Shown: positions 47,295 through 56,714, numbered from the stretch's first letter. The stretch: DNA of 64,000 bases from Trueperaceae bacterium (GCA_040905465.1 JBBDRK010000043.1:55004-119003); one strand, 5' to 3'. The notes: generated by a model from the sequence alone, not told the origin. Numbers and translations: made by a program.

Positions 47295-47480
47295 CTAGGC
47301 CTCCGGGAGGACTTGGCGATCCTTGTAGTAGCCGCACTCGGGGCAAACCGTGTGCGAACGCTTCATGCTCTTGCACTGGGGGCATTCGACCAGCGTAGGG
47401 GCGGAGAGCGCGTGATGGCTGCGCCTCTTGTCGCGTCTGGACGCAGAGGTGCGCTTCTTGGGTACTGGGTGTTTTGCCAT
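47295..47480 (-). CDS. rpmF: 50S ribosomal protein L32
   Basis: MAKHPVPKKRTS..RRDKRRSH; CPQC...HTVCPECGYY. Confidence 0.98.
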   Translation of the reverse strand: MAKHPVPKKRTSASRRDKRRSHHALSAPTLVECPQCKSMKRSHTVCPECGYYKDRQVLPEA

Positions 47481-47486
47481 GGGGTA

Positions 47487-48029
47487 CTACTCCTTTGACT
47501 CGACGTCGAAATCCTCGAGCGCGGCGAACGGCGAAGCGGGGGCATTGACAGCACGCTCGGCGTACTGTTCGGAGAGTCGCTCGCAAGAGACCCCCTCCGG
47601 GCACTCGACGGCGAGAGGCAGGTCGACACTGAAGATCTCGGTGATCATCTCGGCGAAATCGACCTCGGGCCGGCCGAACACGAGCACCTCGTCCTCTTCC
47701 TCGTCGAACACCATCTCCAGGCCCTTCTTGCCCGGACGGTACTTCATCGGGTAGAGGAAGTCGGACCGTGACGGAAGCTGGACCCCCTCGAGGCAGTGGC
47801 GGCAGGGCATGATTACCTCGCCGGTTACGCTGCCGGTAAGGATGAAGTCGTCGCCGCCCGCCGTGCGGACGCTCAGATCATAACGCAGCGGCTGCTTGTA
47901 ACCCACCTCGTCGGAATGCCAGGCCGGATCGGGCATGAACTCCCCGGTCGCCTCTACTTCGCCCCCTGTGCTGAGGTCTTGCCGAAGCAGGCTTGCCAGA
48001 TTGAGAGTGGCACCCTCCCGAGTCGACAT
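47487..48029 (-). CDS. yceD: YceD/DUF177 protein
   Basis: PCRHCL, LPLAVEC...C, SPFAAL; conserved position upstream of rpmF. Confidence 0.88.
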   Translation of the reverse strand: MSTREGATLNLASLLRQDLSTGGEVEATGEFMPDPAWHSDEVGYKQPLRYDLSVRTAGGDDFILTGSVTGEVIMPCRHCLEGVQLPSRSDFLYPMKYRPGKKGLEMVFDEEEDEVLVFGRPEVDFAEMITEIFSVDLPLAVECPEGVSCERLSEQYAERAVNAPASPFAALEDFDVESKE

Positions 48030-48198
48030 CCCTTGAGAGTATAGGTAGGGGGTGGGGGGATGTCAAGGCGAAATAATACCGATGAACATCGTAATCTTGG
48101 GCTTCCCGGCATCCGCTTCGCGGAAGGGCGTTGGAGCCATTTTCTTCGGGCAGCGTCCCGGGCATCATTGGTACGAACCTGTGGGGAGAGGGGGAACC

Positions 48199-48426
48199 GT
48201 GGACCGAATCGAAGACGGCGGAGCGGAGCGGGTGGAAGAGGCGTTTCACCTGCAGCTCCAGCAGTTGGAGAACATCACCCGCGAGCTGGGCTCGCGGGGT
48301 CGCGTGGGGGAGGATCCGGCCTGGATACAGGAGTACGTCTACCGGATATACGAGGTAGGCGAAGCGTTGCGGGGGATTGCGACGGCCAATACCGAAGGGA
48401 ATCCGAGCCACAAGTCGTACCGTTGA
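48199..48426 (+). CDS. Hypothetical small protein (75 aa)
   Basis: GGAGAGGGGG SD before GTG; helical charged composition. Confidence 0.45.
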   Translation: MDRIEDGGAERVEEAFHLQLQQLENITRELGSRGRVGEDPAWIQEYVYRIYEVGEALRGIATANTEGNPSHKSYR

Positions 48427-48449
48427 GGCCGGGGCTTTCCGTAGGACCC

Positions 48450-48590
48450 GGCCGCGGCGTGGAGTCGCCAGGAGGAGCCGCCGCGTGGCGCTGTCGCGCA
48501 AGCCGCCGCGTGGAGCCGCCGCGTGGAGCCGCCGCGCAAGCCGCCGCGTGGAGCCGCCGCAGGACCCTGCCGCATGGCCCTGCAGCATGG
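48450..48590. repeat. Minisatellite, about 11 units of 12-14 bp, consensus AGCCGCCGCGTGG
   Basis: Exact units at 48476, 48501, 48514 and 48539; variants AGCCGCCGCGCA (48527) and AGCCGCCGCAGG (48552); degenerate copies at both ends. Confidence 0.9.
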
Positions 48591-48634
48591 CGGTGGCGGC
48601 GCCGTTCGGCGTCGGGCGATATACTCGCACCGCT

Positions 48635-49336
48635 GTGTTCGAGATCATTCCTGCTGTCGACATCCAGAAGGGCCGGGCGGTTCGCCTGTTCGAAGGCGAC
48701 CCGGAACGCGAGACCGTTTACTTCGACGATCCGGTGGCCGCGGCCGTCCACTGGACCGGGCTGGGCGCCGGCCAGTTGCATCTGGTCGACCTCGACGCCG
48801 CGCTGGGCCGTGGTGACAACGGCGATACCGTTCGGGCGATCGCAGCAAGAGTGCAGGCGGTCACCGAACTCGGCGGGGGTATCCGCTCCCTGGCGAACGC
48901 CCTGCGGTGGTTGGAGGTGGTCGATCGGGTGATCCTGGGGACCGCCGCGCAGAGCGAGCCGGGGCTGGTGAGAGAGCTGCTCGAGCGGGTGGGCCCGGAG
49001 CGGGTGATCGTCTCGATAGATGCGCGTGGCGGCCGGGTGGCCGTGCGCGGTTGGGCCGAAACCACCGAGACCGACGCCGCCGACCTCGCCCGCGAGATGG
49101 CCGCGCTCGGGTTGCGGCACCTCATATATACAGACGTCTCCCGTGACGGCACTCTACAGGGGGTCGACGCCGAGCCGGTCCGGCTGATGCGAGACGCCTT
49201 CCCCCACACCCTTGTCGCCGGCGGAGGCGTGGCCTCGGACGACGACCTGGTGCTGTACGAGAGCCTAGGGTTGGACGGCGCCATCGTCGGACGGGCCCTC
49301 TACGAGGGGAGGATCACCTATCCCCGAACTGCCTGA
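48635..49336 (+). CDS. hisA: ProFAR isomerase HisA
   Basis: IIPAVDIQKGRAVRL, LHLVDLDAA, GGGIRS, RVILGT, YTDVSRDGTLQG, AGGGV, IVGRALYEG. Confidence 0.95.
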   Translation: MFEIIPAVDIQKGRAVRLFEGDPERETVYFDDPVAAAVHWTGLGAGQLHLVDLDAALGRGDNGDTVRAIAARVQAVTELGGGIRSLANALRWLEVVDRVILGTAAQSEPGLVRELLERVGPERVIVSIDARGGRVAVRGWAETTETDAADLAREMAALGLRHLIYTDVSRDGTLQGVDAEPVRLMRDAFPHTLVAGGGVASDDDLVLYESLGLDGAIVGRALYEGRITYPRTA

Positions 49337-50213
49337 GGTCGAGACCGTGAGACGGGAGCTCGAGCCGTGGCTCACGGGCCGGACCATCGTGCGCGCAGAG
49401 TTGGTGGACGCGGCGCCGGGACCCAAGTACGCCGGGCTCGAGCGCGCCGCCGGCCAGGTGATCACCGCCGTCGGACGGCGCGGCAAGTTCCTGCTCATGC
49501 CTCTCGCCCGCCCGCACGGCGCCGCCCAGCCGAGAGGCGCGTCTCCTGTGGCGGGTGCGGCCGGTGAGAAGGAGACACGGCACGACGAACTGGTGGTGCA
49601 CCTCGGCATGACCGGAGTGATAAGCCACTGTCAGCCGCCCGGGCACCTGCGAGTGCGGCTCGAGCTCGACGGCGGGCCAAGGCCGACCCTGTATTTCCGC
49701 GACACTCGCCGCTTCGGCCGCTTCATGGTGGTTCCCTCGGGCGACTACCGCCTGCTGCCGACGCTTGCGGCGATGGGGCCCGAACCACTCTCACCGGAGT
49801 TCACGGTGGCGGGCCTGCAGCGCGCGCTCGCTCGCTCCGAAGCGGCGGTCAAAACGTGCCTGCTTTCGCAACGGCCGGTTGCGGGAGTAGGCAACATCTA
49901 CGCCGACGAGGCCCTGTGGCACGCCCGCATCCATCCGGAAACACCGGCCGACGCAGTACCCGGGGCTCGGGTGGCGCCTTTGCGCGACGCGATTCGCCTG
50001 GTGCTCGAGGCGAGCATCGCCGCCCAGGGGACGACGTTGAACGACTACCGCACGGTAGCCGGCGAGGCGGGCGAGTTCCTCGAGCAGTTGGCGGTCTATG
50101 GCCATGCCGGTGAGCCGTGCCGGCGATGCGGTACCGAGATCTCCCGAATCGTCGTGGGTGCCCGCTCCACCCACTTCTGCCCTCGCTGCCAGCGGCGGAG
50201 ATCCCGCCGGTGA
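49320..50213 (+). CDS. mutM: Formamidopyrimidine-DNA glycosylase (Fpg), apparent ATC start
   Basis: In-frame ATC-CCC-GAA-CTG-CCT-GAG-GTC-GAG-ACC-GTG gives (M)PELPEVETV; RRGKFL, HLGMTG, DTRRFG, GVGNIYADE, Zn finger CRRC...CPRC. Confidence 0.93.
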   Translation: MPELPEVETVRRELEPWLTGRTIVRAELVDAAPGPKYAGLERAAGQVITAVGRRGKFLLMPLARPHGAAQPRGASPVAGAAGEKETRHDELVVHLGMTGVISHCQPPGHLRVRLELDGGPRPTLYFRDTRRFGRFMVVPSGDYRLLPTLAAMGPEPLSPEFTVAGLQRALARSEAAVKTCLLSQRPVAGVGNIYADEALWHARIHPETPADAVPGARVAPLRDAIRLVLEASIAAQGTTLNDYRTVAGEAGEFLEQLAVYGHAGEPCRRCGTEISRIVVGARSTHFCPRCQRRRSRR

Positions 50214-50611
50214 CAGCGCACAGCACACCCATAGACGTGCGCTTCGGGGACACGGACATGTTCGGCCATGTCAACAACGCCGCCTTCGCTACCTATGTGG
50301 AGACCGCCCGCCTGGCGTTCTTCCGCGACATTCTCGGCGGCACCCGGGAGAAACCGGGTGGGGAAGCCGGCGGAATCATCCTGGCTCGCCTGGCCATCGA
50401 CTTCCGGCGCCAGCTCCTTTACGGTGCCGCCGCCGAGGTGACTACCGAGGTGTCCCGGGTAGGACGCACCTCCATCACCCTGAGGCAGGTTGTCCTGTCC
50501 GCCGGCGAAGTCATTGCCGAGACGGACACGGTGATCGTGGCGTACGACTACGAGGGGCAGAGTCCGGCGGTGATCCCCGACTCGGTTCGGAGCAAGCTCG
50601 GCGCTCGCTGA
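50210..50611 (+). CDS. Acyl-CoA thioesterase (4HBT/YbgC hotdog family)
   Basis: VRFGDTDMFGHVNNAAFATYVETAR; GTGA overlap with the mutM stop. Confidence 0.9.
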   Translation: MTAHSTPIDVRFGDTDMFGHVNNAAFATYVETARLAFFRDILGGTREKPGGEAGGIILARLAIDFRRQLLYGAAAEVTTEVSRVGRTSITLRQVVLSAGEVIAETDTVIVAYDYEGQSPAVIPDSVRSKLGAR

Positions 50612-50720
50612 TCGGGCCGGCGAGAAGACCTCACTCGCTCAACAGGCAACTGCCCGGTCGCGAAACCTCGCACCGGGCAGCTGGCGGATCAGTCGATCGA
50701 GGCTTGCCCAACTGGAAACG

Positions 50721-51476
50721 TCAGGGGTTTACCACGAACCAGACGTCGCCGACCTCGTGACCGGTGGCGTCGCCCGGGGCGTGGTCGTTGATCCAGTAGT
50801 AGAGGGGCTCGCCGTTGTAGGTGAGCTGCATTCCGGCGTCTTCACGCTCGATCGTGCCGATTTCGCCGGTAACGCCGTCGCCGGCCGTGGCGCTTACGCC
50901 GGCTCCGGCGTTGAACCCGCCTACGAGCGGCGGCCAGCGAAGGGCGCACCTGCCGGCGCAGTTGCTCATGCCCTCGCTGTCATTGGTGAACCGGTAGAGC
51001 GTCATCCCCGTGGGCCCAACCAGGATGTTGCCGTGCTGGGCGTGTTCGACCACGCGCACCACCGGATTGAGGTTTGCTGTCCACCAGACCCCGCCGACGG
51101 CCTGGCCCGTGGTGTCGCCGACGTCCTGGTCGCGCACCCAGTAGTAGAGCGGCCAGCCGTTGTAGGTGACCTGGCGTCCACTGTCGTTTCGTTCGGTCAC
51201 TCCGAACTCGCCCGGAATGGCCAACGGCGTGACGACCGGCTCTTCGGACTCGGTGAGCAGCGGTGGCCAGTTGGTGGCGCACTGGTCGTAACAGTTGCTG
51301 GTTCCCGGCGCGTCGTTGCTGAAGACGTAGAGAGTCATGCCGTTGGGGCCGGTGAGGAAGTGGCCGAGCGCCGGGTCGTAACGGACCTGCACCTCAGGGT
51401 CGACGGCCTGGGCGAGCGTATGACCTGTCAGGAACAGCGCAAAGACGAAAACACCTAGCTTGGGGACGAATTTCAT
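50721..51476 (-). CDS. Secreted Lipoprotein_15/COG4315 repeat protein
   Basis: Two internal repeats GMTLY.F.ND..G.SNC...CA..WPPL...Q.TYNG.PLYYW..D...GD.TG..VG.VW; signal peptide ending AQA. Confidence 0.9.
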   Translation of the reverse strand: MKFVPKLGVFVFALFLTGHTLAQAVDPEVQVRYDPALGHFLTGPNGMTLYVFSNDAPGTSNCYDQCATNWPPLLTESEEPVVTPLAIPGEFGVTERNDSGRQVTYNGWPLYYWVRDQDVGDTTGQAVGGVWWTANLNPVVRVVEHAQHGNILVGPTGMTLYRFTNDSEGMSNCAGRCALRWPPLVGGFNAGAGVSATAGDGVTGEIGTIEREDAGMQLTYNGEPLYYWINDHAPGDATGHEVGDVWFVVNP

Positions 51477-51533
51477 CTGTTACCTCCACCCCAAGGTATG
51501 CGCGAACAGGCCGACTGGATGCCTGCCCGGAAG

Positions 51534-52184
51534 TCAGGGCAGCCCGGTGCGTCCCAGCGGGTGAGTCGGTACCGGGCTTCCGCCACGAGGTTCCAGGCTC
51601 ACGCCCACGGAGTCGTAGCCGGCGCTCGACACCTCGAACACCGGCCGGCCGAAAACGCCCAGGGACTCCGACGTCCCGTCACGGTGCCCCCAAGCCTGGT
51701 AGCTGCTGCCCCGTCCGGGAGCGTCCGACAACACGAACAGCGTCCGGTCGTCCGGCAACACCAGGATGCTGCCGTGTCCGCCTGAAGGGTAGATGCCCAG
51801 GCTCAGCGTCGTTACGTCGTCACGGGCGAGCCAACGCGCCACCGTCGCCGCTTCGAGATCGGCGGTGGCCGCCCGCCCCATCACCTGCAGGCTCCAGATG
51901 CCGCCGCTGGCAAGAAGCAACAGCGAAGCAGCCAGCCCCCAGGCCATTCGCCGGCTGCCCCTCCGCTTGCGGCGCCGTATCCGGCCGATAACCTGTCGCC
52001 AGCTCCCTGTCGGCAGCGCCGCTCTCGGCAAGCCTTCGACGAGCTCCACGAACCCTTCACGCACCTCCCTCACCTCGCTTCTGCACGACGCGCAGGAGCC
52101 GAGATGCTCCTCCAGGCGGACGGCATCGGCGTCAGGCAGTGCGCCACGGGCGTAATCGGTCAGCAGTTCGCGCGGCCTGCTCAC
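51534..52184 (-). CDS. Anti-sigma factor (zf-HC2 + TM + RskA-like domain)
   Basis: HLGSCASC, central TM WGLAASLLLLASGGIW, YQAW, VSLEPRGGSPVPT. Confidence 0.88.
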   Translation of the reverse strand: MSRPRELLTDYARGALPDADAVRLEEHLGSCASCRSEVREVREGFVELVEGLPRAALPTGSWRQVIGRIRRRKRRGSRRMAWGLAASLLLLASGGIWSLQVMGRAATADLEAATVARWLARDDVTTLSLGIYPSGGHGSILVLPDDRTLFVLSDAPGRGSSYQAWGHRDGTSESLGVFGRPVFEVSSAGYDSVGVSLEPRGGSPVPTHPLGRTGLP

Positions 52185-52699
52185 AGTTCACCCAACAGTC
52201 CACGCAGCTTGAGGAGCGCGCGTCGGATCCGGCTTTTCAGGGTTCCCAACGGTAGCCCGGTGCGCTCGGCCAGTTCCATGTGGCTGAAGCCATCGAAGAA
52301 GGTCGCTTCCAGCAGCCGCACCTCGTCATGCTCGAGCCGCGCGAGCGCACCGTTGAGGGCGATGGCCGTGGCGTTGTCCGTCGCCGGCGCCGTGGGCTCT
52401 CGCTCCTCCAGCGGTTCGGTGGGCAATCGGCTGCGTCGCTTGCGCAGCCGCATCCGGGCCTGGTTGCGAGCGATCGTATAGGTATAGGCACGCACCGAGC
52501 CGAGCGCCGGATCGAAGCGCCTGGCGCTTCGGTAGAGGTTGACGAAGCTGTCCTGCAACACCTCTTCTGCATCCTCCCGATCGCCGAGCATGTGGAGCGC
52601 CAACGCAAAGACGTTGCCACCCAGCCGCTCGTAGAGACGGCCGAGCGCGATCTCGTCCCCTTCGGCGACGCGGACCATCAGCTCGGACTCGGTGTCCAT
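52181..52699 (-). CDS. ECF sigma factor (SigK-like); start uncertain (52699/52717/52729)
   Basis: GDEIALGRLYER, DAEEVLQDSF, FDPALGS, IARN, FFDGFSHMELAERTGLPLGTLKSRIRR. Confidence 0.92.
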   Translation of the reverse strand: MDTESELMVRVAEGDEIALGRLYERLGGNVFALALHMLGDREDAEEVLQDSFVNLYRSARRFDPALGSVRAYTYTIARNQARMRLRKRRSRLPTEPLEEREPTAPATDNATAIALNGALARLEHDEVRLLEATFFDGFSHMELAERTGLPLGTLKSRIRRALLKLRGLLGEL

Positions 52700-52770
52700 T
52701 GACCCAGTTTGCAGCATTTCGGTACTCACTGCGTCATCCTGGGATGCGACTGCCAGTAGACTGATCCGGA

Positions 52771-54135
52771 ATGCCGGCATCGGATGACCTCGCGCCCGCG
52801 CCCGGGCCAAACCAGCCCATCGCACCCGAAGTAAAGCGCACAATGCGCGCCTCCCTCGTGGAGGGTTCGGTCATGCAGGTCTTCCTCAACTGGACCTCCG
52901 GGAGCGTGCTCATTGGTTACATGCTCCACCTGGGAGCGAGCCCAACCCACCTCGGTCTGGTTGCCAGCGTGCCGCTGCTGGCGCAGGCGATGAGCCCGAT
53001 GGCTGCCTGGCTTGCCGCCGTCCTGGGGCGCCGGCGGATGCTGATCCTGGCCAACGCCTTCGTGGCCCGGGGCCTGTGGATCCTTGCCGCGGTCCTGCCG
53101 TCGCTGGGATTGCCGGCGGGCGCCGAGCCAACCTTCCTGGTGCTGCTGGTGCTGGTCTCGAGCGTCTTCCAGGCGGCGAACAGCACGCTATGGGCTTCAT
53201 GGATAAGCGACGTCGTTCCCGACAACGTGCGCGGCCGGTATTTCGGACTGCGTACGGGTGTGGCCGGACTCGCCGGCACCTTGGCCAACCTGGGCGCCGG
53301 CTGGTATCTCGACCGGGTAGCAGTCCCGCTGGGGTTCCAGGTCGTGATCGGAGTCGGCGTGGCCTGCGCCGCTATCAGCGCGATTCTGTACCTGGTGCAT
53401 TACGATCCGCCGTCGCCGCGCGAGCGGGTGAGCCTGCTGCAGGTGCTGAAGACACCCTTGGCCGACAGGAACTTCCGGCGCTTTCTGGTGTTCGCCGTGT
53501 ACTGGCAGTTCGCGGTATTCCTGTCCGCTCCCTTCGTGTTTCCGTACTTCCTCGACGAACTGCAACTCACCTTCACGCAGATCGCCATCTGGAGCACGAT
53601 CGCTGCGTCCAGCGCACTCGGCACCACGATTCTCTGGGGTCGCGCCGCCGACCGGGTCGGGAACAAGAGCGTCCTGGCCATAGGTACCTTCGTGGCCGGA
53701 GTGGCCCTGCCCACCTTCTGGATCCTGGCCGGAATCACCGGCAACATCATCTACATCTGGATCAGTGCGGTCTTCGACGCCGTGGCCTGGGGGGCGATCG
53801 GGCCGGCGATCTTCAACCTGGCACTCGCCAGCGCACCCCGCGGCAAGCGCACCGCGTTCATCGCCATGTTCGCCCTGGCCAGCGGAGTCGCCGGATTCGC
53901 AGGCGGCTTTCTGTCCGGTCCCCTGCTGCTGCTGTTGCAACCGCTGTCGACGCTTTCAATTTGGGGTGTGCAGTTGACGCCCTACTACGGGCTGTTCCTG
54001 CTGTCGGGCATCGCCCGCTCGCAGGCTTGGCGCCTGCTCAGGCTGGTGCAGGAGACCAACGCCTGGCGCACGCGTGACCTGCTGCGGCAGATGCGGCACG
54101 GCTGGCGCATGTCCGGATTCTTCTGGAGGGCTTGA
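52771..54135 (+). CDS. MFS transporter
   Basis: About 12 TM segments; WISDVVPDNVRGRYFG; WGRAADRVGNK. Confidence 0.88.
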   Translation: MPASDDLAPAPGPNQPIAPEVKRTMRASLVEGSVMQVFLNWTSGSVLIGYMLHLGASPTHLGLVASVPLLAQAMSPMAAWLAAVLGRRRMLILANAFVARGLWILAAVLPSLGLPAGAEPTFLVLLVLVSSVFQAANSTLWASWISDVVPDNVRGRYFGLRTGVAGLAGTLANLGAGWYLDRVAVPLGFQVVIGVGVACAAISAILYLVHYDPPSPRERVSLLQVLKTPLADRNFRRFLVFAVYWQFAVFLSAPFVFPYFLDELQLTFTQIAIWSTIAASSALGTTILWGRAADRVGNKSVLAIGTFVAGVALPTFWILAGITGNIIYIWISAVFDAVAWGAIGPAIFNLALASAPRGKRTAFIAMFALASGVAGFAGGFLSGPLLLLLQPLSTLSIWGVQLTPYYGLFLLSGIARSQAWRLLRLVQETNAWRTRDLLRQMRHGWRMSGFFWRA

Positions 54136-54330
54136 GGGCACTAGCCGCCACGACCGAGAGCTGTTCCGGGCGACAGCCGCCACCACGAATGCCGCCTGAG
54201 CGCCACGCTCGTCACGTCCGGCGGCCGCCTCGCGCGTAGTTCGAAAACACTGCGTCGCCCACGGCACCGGGGTAGCATTGACAGCACGGAACCAGGCGCC
54301 CCCGGCGCGCAGTTGGAGCGAAAGGACGAC

Positions 54331-55257
54331 GTGTACCACTCACTCGACGTCATCGACATCCACGCCCACTTCCCGATCGAGAACACCATGGGACTCGCGC
54401 GCGCGGGCTCGTCGCACCCTTTGTTGGCGAAGTACGCCAGCGAACGCGGCGAGCGGATGCGCAGCGAGTGGGACACGGCGCCGGCGGAACCGCTGGCGCG
54501 CGACGACGAGGAGGCCGATGCGGCGCTCCAGCGCTGGGCCGGCGAGGTCGACCGCTACGGTCTCCGCTGCGTCAACTTCGTCAGCGGTGCCGGCAACGAT
54601 CGTCTCGCCGCGCTGATAGCCAGGCACCCTGAGAAGTTCACCGGCTTTGCTCACCACGCTCTGGCTCCCGGCGCCGCGGACGAGTTGCGCCGCTCGGTCG
54701 ACGAACTCGGCCTCAAGGGCTACAAGCTGCTGGGGCCGATGACCGACTACCCGTTCGAAGACCCGTCGCTTCGCGGCGTCTGGGAGTTCTGCGCCGAGCG
54801 CGGCCTGCCGGTGCTGAGCCACTTCGGTTTCCTGGGGAGGGGCGGCGGGGTGGTGGAGCACCCGCGGATGAGCCCGCTGTCGCTCTTCACGGTGGCGCGC
54901 GACTTCCCTGAGATCCCGTTCGTGATTCCCCACTTCGGAGCCGGCTACTGGCAGGAACTGCTCGCCTTGTGCTGGAGTCTTCCAAACATCCTGGTCGACA
55001 CGTCCGGGTCCAACCAGTGGATGCGCTGGATGCCGTACCGGCTCACCCTGGAGGATCTCTTCGCCAAAGCGTATGAGACCATCGGCCCCGAACGGGTCCT
55101 CTTCGGCAGCGACTCGAGCTACTTCCCGCGCGGTTTCTCGCAGCACTATCTGCAGGACCAGTTGCGCGTGTGTTACACCCTGAACTTCCCGGAACCCGAC
55201 ATCCGAAAGATCTTCGGTGGCAACGCGGCCACGCTGTTGGGATTGGAGGGATCATGA
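54331..55257 (+). CDS. Amidohydrolase family 2 (metal-dependent TIM-barrel hydrolase/decarboxylase)
   Basis: IDIHAH, GLKGYKL, LPVLSHFG, IPHFGAG, VDTSG, VLFGSDS, IFGGNA; GTG 54331 behind AAAGGA (alternative TTG 54313). Confidence 0.9.
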   Translation: MYHSLDVIDIHAHFPIENTMGLARAGSSHPLLAKYASERGERMRSEWDTAPAEPLARDDEEADAALQRWAGEVDRYGLRCVNFVSGAGNDRLAALIARHPEKFTGFAHHALAPGAADELRRSVDELGLKGYKLLGPMTDYPFEDPSLRGVWEFCAERGLPVLSHFGFLGRGGGVVEHPRMSPLSLFTVARDFPEIPFVIPHFGAGYWQELLALCWSLPNILVDTSGSNQWMRWMPYRLTLEDLFAKAYETIGPERVLFGSDSSYFPRGFSQHYLQDQLRVCYTLNFPEPDIRKIFGGNAATLLGLEGS

Positions 55258-56714
55258 GCGACACCGGCCACTGGCATCCGGCCTACCGTGACCACGTCCT
55301 GATGCCGGATTACCGCTTCGCGTCGCAGCACCTTGCCGGCTACTTCCTGGACGCCATGACCGCCCACGCTCGCACCGTCGCCCGCATCGACGACCCCGTC
55401 GTCCGCGCTAACCGGGCCGAAGTGAACGAGTTGGACGCCGCCCTCCTGCGCCTGCGCGGTTTCCCGCTGCCGCCTTACTCGCCCGATCTGCCGGACCTCT
55501 ACTTCGCCTTCAATCAGGCGCTGGAGAGGGACGTTGGCCCGGCAGCGGTGTCGTTCCTGCGCATGGGGCTGTCGCGCAACGACCTCGACATGACGGTCTA
55601 CAAGATGCGTACTCGCGAGCTCCTTACGGTGATTCTCGAGCACCTGCTGCGGCTGCGGCGAGCGTTGCTGGACCAGGCGGACATTCATGTCGAGACCGTG
55701 TTCGTCGCTCAGACGCACCACCAGCCCGGTCAGCCGACCACGGTGGCGCACTATCTCGGGGCAGTTGCCGCAGCGCTCGATCGCGAATCGCAGCGCCTGT
55801 GGCAGGCATACAGGCGGCTGAACACCTGTCCGCTGGGCGCGGCCGCGTTGGCCGGCTCGAGCTTCGGCCTGGACCGCTCCTACACCGCTCGCCTCCTGGG
55901 TTTCGACGGGGCGGTGGCCAACACCTACGACGCGGTCGCCTCCAGCGACTGGCAGGTCGAGTTCGCCACCTCATTGCAGAGTCTGGCGCTGACTCTCTCC
56001 CGTTTCGTCTGCGACCTGCTCGCCTGGGCTTCCCAGGGAAGCTACGTGCTGCCCGACAACCTGGTCCAGGGCTCGTCGATCATGCCGCAGAAGCGCAACC
56101 CGGTTTCCCTGGAACACGCCCGGACCAGGTTCTCGCGCACCCTTGGCAGTGCCCAGATGGTCCTCTTCTCGAGTCACAACATCCCCTTCACCGACCTAAA
56201 CGACTTCGGGCCGGACATTCAGGGCGCCCTGATCACCATGTTCCTGCAGTGCGACGGCGGCCTGGCGCTGCTTACCGCCTGCACCGAGGAGGGCGGATTC
56301 GATGGTGCGCGCCTGGCTGAATCGGTGGACGCTACCGACACGACCGCTACCGAGTTGGCGGACGAGTTGACGCGCCATCATGGCCTGAGCTTCCAGGAGT
56401 CGCACCGGCTCAGCGCGGCGTTGGTCGCCGAGGTCGCCCGGCAGGGCAAGCCGCTGGCGAGCGCGTCGCCCGACGACCTGGTGGCGGTGGGCGGGCCGAG
56501 AATCTCGGCCGACGACATGGCAACCGCGCTCGACCCGCGAACCTTCGTGGCGCGTCGCTCCGGCCCCGGCGGTCCGGCTCCGCAGGCGATGAGCCGAATG
56601 CTTCTCGCCGCCAGACACGATCTCGAGGCCGACACCGATGACCTGGAGATCGTCCGTTCCAGCCTGCAAAGGGTCCGGGAGACCCTCAGCAGCGAGACAA
56701 GGGAGAATTCATGA
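55254..56714 (+). CDS. Argininosuccinate lyase-like enzyme (aspartase/fumarase superfamily), probably not biosynthetic ArgH
   Basis: SRNDLD, THHQPGQPTT, PLGAAALAG, signature GSSIMPQKRNP; lacks the ArgH WGGRF N-terminus; ATGA overlaps on both sides. Confidence 0.85.
   Translation: MSDTGHWHPAYRDHVLMPDYRFASQHLAGYFLDAMTAHARTVARIDDPVVRANRAEVNELDAALLRLRGFPLPPYSPDLPDLYFAFNQALERDVGPAAVSFLRMGLSRNDLDMTVYKMRTRELLTVILEHLLRLRRALLDQADIHVETVFVAQTHHQPGQPTTVAHYLGAVAAALDRESQRLWQAYRRLNTCPLGAAALAGSSFGLDRSYTARLLGFDGAVANTYDAVASSDWQVEFATSLQSLALTLSRFVCDLLAWASQGSYVLPDNLVQGSSIMPQKRNPVSLEHARTRFSRTLGSAQMVLFSSHNIPFTDLNDFGPDIQGALITMFLQCDGGLALLTACTEEGGFDGARLAESVDATDTTATELADELTRHHGLSFQESHRLSAALVAEVARQGKPLASASPDDLVAVGGPRISADDMATALDPRTFVARRSGPGGPAPQAMSRMLLAARHDLEADTDDLEIVRSSLQRVRETLSSETRENS

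Noticed and set aside
48450-48590. Repeat array as possible CRISPR
   Set aside because: Units are 12-14 bp and contiguous with no spacers; no cas genes in the window.
48377-48634. 86-aa N-terminal extension of HisA
   Set aside because: It is the translated minisatellite; HisA homology and a TATACT box point to GTG 48635.
55254-56714. Calling the lyase argH
   Set aside because: Divergent N-terminus and His-motif, catabolic transporter context and no arg genes; symbol withheld.
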